From: Heptranchias perlo
Lineage: Eukaryota
Direction of reading: 5' to 3'
NCBI RefSeq assembly: GCF_035084215.1
Contig: NC_090340.1
Location: 15,500,001 to 15,564,000, forward strand
Length of the DNA stretch: 64,000 nucleotides
The notes beneath the pieces are model-generated. The model made no database searches. It saw only the letters and a list, made by a program, of their open reading frames with translations, and had not been told where the DNA came from. A program made the position numbers and the translations under genes. Below are positions 24,511 to 34,949 of this stretch, in pieces (the first letter of the stretch is position 1; every line of letters begins with the position of its first letter).

Positions 24511-27500
24511 CAATAAAACCCATCGGGGAAGAAGTGGAGGCCCTAAGAGGTCAGTTTTAAACTTATCTATGTGGGCTAGGAAGAGCAGGAGCGCTGCTAT
24601 GGGCCCGACAAGAAAAGCTTGGCCCTCTGTTGTCTCGAACCCCGCATTCCCATCCATGAGACCCTGCAGAAGCCCTCCCCCAAACTTCTGAGTGACAGTG
24701 GGAAGCCTCTGGGCCGCCCGATCTCCGCCTGCCGGTAGCTGACCACCTGCCTCTTTACACCCATTTCAGGCGGGCAGCTGGTCAGCTAATATCAGCCAGG
24801 CCTCCCACACAGTCTCCCAGACAGGCAGCCTGCCAGCTTCTAGTCCAGGAGTTAACCCCACCCCAATAAAATCGCTCCTTTATATATTTCTGCTACCCCA
24901 TGTCACAGGCCTTGGTGCCAGTGTAGCAGCAAGTGATTAGAATTCTATAACGTTCTTATATCTCTCAAATATGTTTTCTTTTGCCCATACTCTTCATTGC
25001 ACGTGTGCAATACATTTGATTATTGTAGCTTAGATCGTGGAGTAGATTGTACGAATTCGGACTCCCAGCAGGAAGCTTCGCACACCGGGAGTGCACATCA
25101 GGAATTTGGGGGTGGAGCTCTGCTGCTCACAGGATTTTCTGCCAATTTAAATGAATGGACAGGAAATCGTCTGGCCTGAATTCCCAATATGTCCTCCTGG
25201 CAGGAAAAGTACTGCATTGGTATTATGAATTTTACTGTATTATGCCGTCTTTTAACATAGCCTATACTCCTGGTTCCAATGCCCTGATTATTCCAGCTTC
25301 ACTGTGGGGAATTATACCTGTAAATCTCTTACAATTCATGAAAAGGTTCACTGCCAAAGCATTCATTCAGCTTTTACTTTCCTCTTTGAAAATGTGAATG
25401 GTGCCTGATTTAACAAGGTAGGAGTATTGTATAGTATACAAACAGTATGCCTCTTCTACAGGTTGAGTAGAATTCCTCTCCAGTCTTCGGTACAATAAAG
25501 CATCTTTACGGGATTTCTTTTCATTTTATATTAAGTGTTTCTAGTGCTAAAGACCCAAGAACCTTTGCTTTTTCTTCAAAGTGCTCAAAAATTTGGGTGG
25601 GGGAGTGAGAAATGTTCTTTGATCATGATATGTAATCATATGATCAATTCATTTACAAAGAATGTATTTATCATTCCGCCATCTATAGCACACAGAGGAA
25701 ACCTCTCCCCTCCAGTATTTACTTTCTCCACTACCTTACTCAGTCCATATAATGAAAGGCTGGACTGTGTTTTCCATTATATAAATTGAAACGTTAGTCT
25801 GCAATAATTAGTTGTAAAGTCCTGGGGGGTAATTTTAACTTTGGCCGATAGTGTAAAATTGGCAATGTCAAATTGGTCGCCCATTATAGATGTTGCAGCA
25901 CTCCCTCGGTACTGCACTGAAGTTCGAGCCTAGATTGTGTACTCAAGTCCCTGCAGTGGAGCTTAAACCCACAAACTTCTGACTCAGAGCCAAGAGTGCT
26001 ACTACTGAGCCCAGGCTAATAAACAAGAACATCTGCATCTAGAATTAAAGCAAATCCATGAAATTATAATAAATTAGTCTGGAACCAGGGGATATACATA
26101 TAAGGTTAATTGTGAAAAATTTAGAATAGGGAGCAGAAAACGCATTTTTTTGACAAATAGGCTTGTGAGGCAGTAGGATGCTCTACGAGAGTTAGTGATT
26201 GAAGCAGAGATCATGTTAACATTTAATAGGTTAGAAAGGTGGGTGAACAAAGGGGGAATAAAAGGATATGGGAACAGGGTGGGTATTCCGGATACGGACT
26301 ACTGCTTTTATGGAGAATAAAGACCAACATCGACTGGGTGGGCGAACCAGCCTCTTTCCCTTTTATAATATCTAAGTAATTCTAAGCTGTAAATAAATTA
26401 CTGTCAACAATCTGAAGCATCCTTTAATTAAACAATAGTTTGGTGCTATGGACAGTGGATAGGCTGTCGGGTTGATTGCTGAGTCTGTCAATTCTATACA
26501 TCTTCAGACATTTTGAAAGTCACTATAAAACAGGAATACATTTACAACGGGGGCTGTTGAACCTCAGGCCAGTGACAGTACTTTTAAGCTACACCAACAG
26601 CCCATCTAATAATGAAACCCTCAGCCTAGTGAGAAACGATGATTGGGAGCTAACCAGGATAGGCTAAGATCATAAATTACAGGATATAGTTTTATAACTA
26701 ACAAAATATATCCCAGCCCTGGTCCCTAATGTGGTCCTGATTCAAACGATAATTAAAGATCCAACATCCCAAAACTAGACCTTGAATTTTTTTACCCAAT
26801 TATTAGTTGGCACCGCTATTCATTAGAGCTGTTCCACTGGAGCACATTAAGGTTTGAAAAGCTAATGTTAAGTCAATGGTTGGGTTTGGACCTGTTGGGT
26901 GGAATTGTTTGTTAACATGAGGTTGAATGGTTATAGAAACATAGAAAATAGGAGCAAGAATAGGCCATTCGGCCCTTCGGGCCTGCTCCACCATTCAAAA
27001 TCATCGTGGCTGATTGTCTAACTCAATACCCTATTCCCACTTTTTCCCCATATCCCTTGATCCCTATAGCATTAAGAAATATATCTATCTCTTTCTTGAA
27101 TACATCTAATGACTTGGCCTCCATTGCCTTCTGTGGTAGAGAATTCCACAGGTTAAATATGATTTAACATTTAAACACTAAACGTTCTGATTGGAATACT
27201 ATTTCCCATTACTTTTCAGGGATCGGGGATCTGGGATCTGTTATTTAAAATTTGGGACTAATCCAATGAGTGTTTCACTTGAACCAGAGGGGTGCGTTAG
27301 GGCCGGCGGGCCGAGTGTCGTGAACGAGCCCTCGGGAGGGAGAATCGCCCTCTTGAAGGCCACTCCTGAAATAACAGCCGCAGCACCAGCACACTGAAAA
27401 ACAGGTTTTGTAATTCAATTTGGGTAGAAATTGCTCTCGTGTTTAATCCTGGAACTTCGGTGCTTGTTATTGTAATTCTATATATGTGGCCCGCGGGTCT

Positions 27501-28849
27501 ATACGATGTATAATTAAGTGACCCATTAACACAGGGAGTTGGACAGCCGCTGCCATGAATTGCAATTTGTTGTAACGTTTATAATTTCAACAATAGTTTA
27601 AGGGCCATTGGAGGTAATTTTGACATTGTACGATGGTGTAAAACGGGTGAAGCCAATGGAAATAAAAATGGGGAGATGTAAAACGGGCTGCCGATTCGCT
27701 ACCACTGGTTTTACACTATGGCACCGTGTAAAAGTTACCCCCACTTTCTTCAGAAGTCCGAATACTTAAGAGAAATTTATCTCTGAATGCATAGGGGTTA
27801 ATTTTAACTTTGGCCGAAATTGGGACCAGCCGTCTATTATACACCTATTCAACATTTTTTTAAAAATAAACGTAGGCAGGGAAAGAGCTGGCGGTACACT
27901 CAATTCAGACTGTACCAATTCATAGGTCGCGGGAATATTTTCATGTTTGATTTACAGCACCGTTTGATGGTAAGTATCGTGCAATAACTGCAGCCGGTGG
28001 AATGCCATAATTCGGTTAACAAACCCTTTCCTTGCAGAATTCTTCTGCTCCCTGTGTGGAATGACATCCCGGGTTTGGGAAGATTTGATCGGTGGCTATT
28101 TGGAGAAAACTGATAGAAAGACAGTGTCAACAATTTCGCTAGAGATATACAACCAGAGGAGATCTGCACCCGTGTCTACGCCGACCGGGAGAGACACATC
28201 CTATCCCGGCGTCATTTAGAATGAATCACTGACCCTCCCGTGGGCTCGAGTGTCCACGTTATTCAGTACACGGATTTTCTTCCATTTAGTTTCTATTGGC
28301 TTCAGTTCCGGTGGCAGTTTCTCAAAGCAGGCAAAACAGTGTTTCTCGGAACCCAGGAACCGTTGATTTTTCTTTTATGTTCAAAAATGTTGGGGTGAAG
28401 CGGGAAATGTTCTTTGTTCACGATGTGTAATGATATGATCAATACATTTATAAATAATTAATTTACCATTCCGCTACCTATAGCACACAGAGGAAACCTC
28501 TCCCCTCTCAGAGACTGGACTGTGTTGTCCATTATTTAAATTGAAACGTTAGTCTGCAATAATTAGTTTGAAAGACTGGGGGGTAATTTTAACTTTGGGC
28601 GCTAGTATAAAATTGGCGATATCGAATTGCTCGCCCGTTATAGTCCTGCAGGATTTTCCCTGCCGTTGACTTCAATGAAAACGAAATGCGGGCGTGGTGT
28701 ATAAATGAGCAGCTAATTCGACATCGCCCAAAGGTAAAATTATCCCCAGATATTTATGATTGGCTCCTTCATATTTAACCAATTACTAGTATAACTGGTT
28801 TCACAAACAACGTGCCTATCACTGTATCAACTGCCTGCAACAAGTGGGG

Positions 28850-29195
28850 AAATGGGTGCTATAGTGGTTTAGACACTGGGTTTTTGCCTCTGGGACCTGG
28901 GTTCAAATCCCAACCAGACTGATGGGATAAAAGTATCATCTTTCTGCCAGCTGTAAAGGTCCTATGTGAAATGAAAGAGTCGCTAGTGGGCATGGACCTA
29001 CAACACAAAGCTGTCCTGAAAGCTGTGATACTGAATAGCTGCTATGAAAGATGGGAAAAAATCCACACTGCTGCTCTATGAGGTGCTCTCCCGAGGCTGG
29101 GGTTGGAGCAGAGTGGAGAGAACTATACTGTGCATTTGGTTATGCTGTACCTGACCTGGGAGTGCTTGATGCTAACACTGGGTGCCTGAAATGGG
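28850..29195 (+). mobile_element. LF-SINE-like SINE
   Basis: 'gcctctgggacctgggttcaaatcc..ccagac...aaagt..tc..tctg...gctgt....gtcctatgtgaaatga...ctagtgg...atgctgtacctg' matches my recollection of the LF-SINE consensus; minus-strand copy at ~56875-57230. Confidence 0.55.
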
Positions 29196-29279
29196 AAGAA
29201 TCACAAAAAAAATTGCTGAGCTTTGTGATGTTATATTTTCTCTGGAGCTAAACTGCCAAAATATTTGCGAATGAACTAT

Positions 29280-30250
29280 ATATTAATGACTTGGACTTGG
29301 GTGTACAGGGCACAATTTCAAAATCTGCAGATGACAAAAAACTTGGAAAGTTAGTAAACAGTGAGGAGGATAGTGATAGATTTCAAGAGGATACAGACAG
29401 GCTGGTGGCTTGGGTGGACACGTGGCAGATGAAATTTGACACAGAAAAATGCAAAGTGATAATTTCAGTAGGAAGAACGAGGAGAGGCAATATAAACTAG
29501 AGGGCTCAACTCTAAGAGAGTTACAGGAACAGAGAGATCTGGGGGTATATGTACACAAATCATTGAAGGTGGCAGGGCAGGTTGAGAAAGTGGTTAAAAA
29601 AACATTTGGGATCCTGGGTTTTATAAATAGAGGCATTGAGTTCAAAAGTACGGAAGTCATGATGAACCTTTATAAAACATTGGTTCGGCCACAACTGGAG
29701 TATTGAGTCCAGTTCTGGGCACCGCACTTCAGGAAAGATGTGAAGGCCTTAGAGAGGGTGCAGAAGAGATTTACAAGAATAATTCGCAAGTGATTAGGAA
29801 GGCAAATGGAATGTTGTCATTTATCGCAAGGGGAATGGAATATAAAAGTAGAGATGTTTTGCTACAGTTGTACAGGGCATTGGTGAGACCACATCGAGAA
29901 TACTGTGTGCAGTTTTGGTCTCCTTATTTAAGAAAGGACATAATTGCTTTAAAGGCAGTTCAGAGAAGGTTCACTCAACCGATTCCTGGGATGAGGGGGT
30001 TATCTTATGAGGAAAGGTTGGACAAGTTGAGCCTGTATACTCTGGAGTTTAGAAGAATGAGAGGTAATCTTATTGAAACATATAAGTTCCTGAGGGGACT
30101 TGAAGGGGTAGAAACTGTAAGGATGTTTCCCCTTGTGGGAGAGACTAGAACTAGGGGGTCACAGTTTAAAAATAAGGGGTCTCCCATTTAAGACGGAGAT
30201 GGTGAGAAATTTTCTCTCTCAGGTCGTGAGTTTGTGGAACTCCCTTCCCC
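29280..30250 (+). mobile_element. Two juxtaposed CR1 ORF2 fragments from different subfamilies (junction ~29780)
   Basis: First part 'SKSADDKKLG...VRPQLEY'; second part restarts upstream in the RT region with 'QVIRKANGMLSFIARG...QFWSPYLRKD'. Confidence 0.85.
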
Positions 30251-31789
30251 ATGTAGAAGCAGAACATGCATTTATTTAGCATCTTTCATGTTGTTCCAAA
30301 GCACTTTGCAGCCAATAAAGTGTGAGATGTTGGTTGAGGGGTTAGGGCAGGATAGGACACTGGGACAATGCCCCTACTCTTCTTCAAATAGTGGCATGGG
30401 ATCTTCCACCCAAGTGGGCAGATGGGGCCTCAGTTTAAAGTTTCATCTGAAAGACAGCACCATAAAACAGGAATACTTAAGAAAATGACTGTTTGAAGAT
30501 AAAAGTCGTCACATTCTTTGCATTTACAATGAGGGCTGTTGAACCTCAGGCCTGGGAGAGTAATTTTAAGTTACACCAATAGCCCATCTAATAATGGAAC
30601 CCTCAGCCTAGTGAGAAACGATGGTTGGGAGCTAACCAGGATAGGCTGAGATCATAAATTATGGGACATAGTTTGTAAAACCCTAACAAAATATATCCCA
30701 GCCCTCGTCTCTAATGTGGTTCTGATTCAAACGGTGATTAAAGATGCAATATCCCAAAATTAGACCTTGATTTTTTTTTTAACCCAATCATTAGATGGCA
30801 TCGCTATTCATTAGAGCTGTGCCACTGGAACACGTCAAAGTTTGAAATGCTAATGTGAAGTCATAGGTTGGGTTTGGACCCATTGACATCATGGATGGAA
30901 TTGTCCGTTAACAGTTTTGGAAGAACATACATTTGACATGAAGTTGAATGGTTAAAAGTTTCAACATTTATGCACTAAATATTCTGATTCAAATAATATT
31001 TCCCATTACTTTTCAGGGATCAGCGGGTTCGTGATTTAGATTTGGGACTAATCCAATGAGTGTTTCACTTCGACTAGAGGGGTGCGTGTAGTGAACAAGC
31101 CCTGGCAATCCTTTCCCTGGAGGGAGACTCACCCTCTTGAAGACCACTCATGAAGTAACAGCACCAGCACATCTAAAAACAGTTGTTGTAAATTAGTTTG
31201 AGGAGGAATTGCTCTCGTGTTTAAGAACACAGGAACAGGAGTTTAGCCCCTCGAGCCTGTTCTGCCATTCAATAAGGTCATGTCTGATCTGTGACCTAAC
31301 TCCACATACCTGCCTTAGCCCCATATCCCTTAATACCTTTGGTTAACAAAAATCTATCAATCTCAGGTTTAAAATTATCAAGTTAATCCTGGAACTTCGG
31401 TTTTTGGCATTGTAATTCTTTATATGTGGCCCGCCAGCCTCTACAATACATAATTAAGTGACCCATTTACAGGTGGCTTTGGACAGCCTCCAGCATGAGT
31501 TGCACATTGTTTATAATTTCAACAATAGTAAAGGGACACTGGGGGTAATTTAGACTTTGTGCCATAATGTAAAACGGGTGACGACAATGGAAATAAAAAT
31601 CCTGAGAGATGTAAAACTACTTAGAGAAACTTAGCTCTGAATGCATGGGGGAGGGGGGAGGGGGGAGTAATTTTAACTTTGGGCGATATTGGACCTGCCG
31701 CCTGTTGTACGCCTATTCAACATTTTTTTTAATTAAATGAAGGCAGGAAAAGAGCTGGCCGTACAGTCAATACAGACTACCAATTAATA

Positions 31790-32036
31790 ATTGTAAACAA
31801 TTTTACAACACCAAGTTATAGTCCAACAAATTTATTTTAAATTCCACAAGCTTTCGGAGGCTTCCTCCTTCCTCAGGTGAACGGTGGGGAACGGTGTCCA
31901 CACCGTTCACCTGAGGAAGGACGAAGCCTCCGAAAGCTTGTGGAATTTAAAATAAATTGGTTGGACTATAACTTGGTGTTGTAAAATTGTTTACAATTGT
32001 CAACCCCTGTCCATCAGCGGCATCTCCATATCATGG
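31790..32036. mobile_element. Penelope-like-element-derived fold-back element with two inverted hammerhead-like motifs
   Basis: Long inverted arms; 13-bp TSD ctaccaattaata (31777-31789, 32037-32049); empty site visible in duplicate copy A (~27908-27928); same family as 6536-6778. Confidence 0.8.
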
Positions 32037-33274
32037 CTACCAATTAATAGGTCCCGGTAATATTTTTCATGTTTGATTTACAGCACCGTTTGATGGTAAG
32101 TATCGTGCAATAACTGCAGCCGGTGGAATGCCATAATTCGGTTACCAAACCCCTTTCCTTGCAGAATTCTTCAGCTCCCTGTGTGGAATGACATCCCGGG
32201 TTCAGGAAAGTTTTGCTCGTTGGCTCCATTTGTGCCTACGCCAACCGGGAGAGAGAAATCCTACCCCGGCCTCATTTAGTATGAATCGTTGACACTCCCC
32301 TGGGCTTAGGTGTCCATGTTATTCAGGACATTGTTTTTCTTTTGTTTATTTGATATTGGCTTCAGTCCCGGTGGCAGTTTCTGAAAACATGAAATTTATT
32401 CTGGACAAGAGCCTTGAAATTCCCAGTTTACTCCCTCCAGCCGAGCGCTACATTGCAGGATATTGTAACTAAATCAAAGCGGACGGGTACGGTTTGCTTT
32501 AAAATCTGCAGGAAACATTGCAGTTTCCCTTGCGTGAAACGACTACATTTTTCCTGGTAAGAGTTGAAATATTTCAATCGGCGGACGTCCAGGCGGGTTT
32601 CCGCTTCTGCGCTGCCCAGCCTGCGATTTTCCATTCGGAAACAAACGACTAGCTGTTTTTAAGGGGTATTAATGAAAAGTGAAAGATCCGAGATCATTGG
32701 ACTGGATGTTATGGATAATGGGAAACGCTTCGGTTACATTTCACATCGACATCTTGTAACCGTACCAGAGCAAATTATGGAATATACTTTTTAAAAAGAC
32801 TGTCATCTTCTGCAGTAAATGATTTCGAAAAAGCTGTTCAGGCAGGAGCCTGCGGTAACCCCAGAACAATAGACGAATGCCGAGGTATGAGGCGGTTTGT
32901 GCAATACTCAGCACTCGGCTTTCTTCTCTCAACCTTCACCAGACTTTCTTGCGCAACAAAAGCCCCGACTCCCGTGGCCACAGTGACAGTGATGCTGGAT
33001 ACAGCTGCACCCAGTCAGCTCTCCAGTCACCGAAACAACGGTCTGCCGTGCACTGGTTATTGTTTAAGTATACCATAATGAAGAGTCGCAAATGAGAAAT
33101 TAATGGCAATTCGCTTTATCCGTCCCTCTCGTTCTCTCACTCCTTCTCAGTGTCCTATCTCACTGGCCCGCTATCCCACTGTTTAATCTCACTGGCCCGC
33201 TATTCCATCCCAGTGTCCCGCTGTCTAATATTTGGAGAAACAGATGTAAGGGCCCCGTTCCCCAGGTCACTCAC

Positions 33275-33580
33275 CTCTTACACTAAGCTTTACGCCGGTT
33301 CCATTTCCAATAAATTCACCTTCCACTCTGCAATAATAGACACCAGCGTCTCCGATTTTCACTTTCCAAAGGCGCAACGTGGCGCTTGCTTTAGACTCAA
33401 TCCGGTAGCTTTTTCTGGGATCTTGTCTCGAGTTTAAGAATTCCCGTTCGGCATCTTTCCACCAGTAGACTTTGACGTTGTTTATATTTCTGAACAGGGG
33501 GAATATGCAATGAAACGTCACGTTCTCTCCTGTCATTACATCGCTTACATCAGGGGTCTGCGTCACTTGGAGATCGGCAA
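33275..33580 (-). CDS. VJ-C1-TM IgSF receptor, exon 2 (V-set domain with germline-encoded J-like G strand)
   Basis: Acceptor ttttttgtaatag (33581), donor AGAG|gtgagt; 306 nt, phase 1-1. VADLQVTQTP...GENVTFHC...VYWWK...ATLRLWKVKIGDAGVYYCRVEGEFIGNGTGVKLSVR has canonical C-W-C, DxGxYxC and a GxGxKLxV end. Confidence 0.93.
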
Positions 33581-33907
33581 CTATTACAAAAAATAAACAA
33601 AAACACCAGGCATTTATTTAAGACAGGGGAGAACAATTGGAATAAAACTTCTGGAGGAAAACGGGGCAGCAACATCCCCTCCAGTCGCTAAGTGTTGGCG
33701 AACGGCATTTATTATTTCGCTAGAAATAGCCTCTGTCCTTAATACATAGCGATTAGAGAAAATATTACCCTCCAAAGAACACAATGGAACTATCTCGGTT
33801 ATAAATAACGATATAAATTAAAATATACATAAATTATGATTTTTGTTGGATTACAAGTTTTTTTTTCTATGTAGAGGTTTAATCCCGTGTTAAATGAAGA
33901 CTCTTAC

Positions 33908-33956
33908 CTGTAACGGCCAGGATGAATATGGGGTAAAGTTGGGGTCTTCCAAACAT
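33908..33956 (-). CDS. VJ-C1-TM IgSF receptor, exon 1 (leader peptide)
   Basis: ATG at 33956; MFGRPQLYPIFILAVT plus one G, then a strong donor CAG|gtaaga; 49 nt, phase 1, 327-bp intron to the V exon - the classic Ig/TCR split leader. Confidence 0.75.
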
Positions 33957-34084
33957 ACTGAGCGCTGACATTTGGAACTGAGTACCCGCTGGGCACCAGA
34001 CACTGCGTTGGTTTTGGGGGGAGGGGGGGAGTAATTGTTTTTCCAGTTAATGTGATGTGCAATTCGTTCGAATTGAGACCGAAG

Positions 34085-34245
34085 ATCACACGTGGTTGCG
34101 GTTACAATAACTGGGTTTTGGTAGGTGAGATCTGCAGACCATGTTGAGTGCTGGAAATATAAATCGAGGCTTTTTTTTCTCTGCAGACCTACTCGAACGA
34201 ACAAAACTTTTATCTGAAGCAGAAATGAAAGGTCACGTCACGTAG
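34085..34245 (-). promoter_or_regulatory. Candidate proximal promoter of the IgSF gene (E-box, RUNX site, CRE-like half sites) in a CpG-enriched segment
   Basis: CACGTG 34089-34094 next to TGCGGTT 34097-34103, ~140 bp upstream of the ATG; gtcacgtcacgt at ~34232; CpG visibly enriched over ~32400-34500. Confidence 0.35.
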
Positions 34246-34596
34246 AGGGGAGAGCGAGCGAGTTATGTTGCTCAACTCGTTTCCTCCCTCGAGGCGCAAT
34301 CTTCAGCCCCTACACATCCACGGGCGTTGGCTGTAAAATTCACAGCTCCAGAAAAGCCAAACGCACAAGATGCCCCTCAAATTACCCGCCTCCTTAATGC
34401 TCTGTAACTCTTACCCTTATCTGCGGACTAAACCACCCTCCAAACAGCGCAGAGTGCTGGTGATAAAGGTGGACCTGGCAGAAGACGCGAGCTCCTCCCC
34501 ACATCCCAAGCCAAAGGAGCCCTGCATCTAATTTGTTCATTTAAGGAGAAGTGGTCCCCACAATAGGGACATTTCATGGGCACTCATTAAGAGTTC

Positions 34597-34724
34597 AAAA
34601 GCAAAATGCTACGGATGCTGGAAATCTGAAATCAAAACAGAAAATGCTGGAGCAGCTCAGCAAGTCAGGCAGTATCTGTGGATTAAAATGCTGCCTGACT
34701 TGCTGAGCTTCTCCCAACATTTTC
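34597..34724. mobile_element. Short Penelope-type fold-back repeat (different subfamily)
   Basis: gaaaatgctggagcagctcagcaagtcaggcag ... ctgcctgacttgctgagcttctcccaacattttc inverted pair. Confidence 0.55.
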
Positions 34725-34949
34725 AGCTACTAAGAGTTAATACCTAACTGTTTTAGTGCCGTACCTGTGGCCGGAGGTTCTTATCGTTTTGGTATAAAGG
34801 ATGGAAATCGCTCGAAATACACAACAGGTCGGTCAATAAACTGAAAGGGGAAGAAAATTGGACAGTTGGGGCACTACCAGAAGAGAAATCGCTTTAAAGG
34901 ACTGAGTGAGAAAAGGGGAGGCAAAGCAAAACTAAGCAGGATTAGAGAG

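Larger units (their letters stand above)
25560..32385. repeat. Tandem segmental duplication in the V-C1 intron: copy A ~25560-28330, copy B ~28360-32385
   Basis: Collinear blocks 25580-25880/28375-28640, 26540-26930/30520-30955, 27150-27920/30950-31790, 27920-28330/32040-32385; the copies differ by independent TE insertions. Confidence 0.92.

Noticed and set aside
27900-28169. Minus-strand Cys-containing ORF (and paralog 32044-32229) as an extra receptor exon
   Set aside because: No Ig features, frames differ between the two copies, and the convincing splice signals are on the + strand.
32979-33020. CACAGTG heptamer ~300 bp from the V exon as a possible RSS
   Set aside because: No ACAAAAACC-like nonamer at 12 or 23 bp spacing, not adjacent to the V coding end, and the V exon already includes its J-like strand and donor.
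12989-33956. Calling the IgSF gene tapasin/TAPBPR, SIRP, NKp30, B7-H6, IgL or a TCR chain
   Set aside because: No tapasin N-terminal domain, TM Lys or C-terminal KKxx; one C1 and no ITIM (not SIRP); C1 present and no TM Arg (not NKp30); TM present (not IgL); no TM charge or stalk Cys (not TCR). B7-H6 cannot be excluded without a tree, so the gene symbol is left blank.
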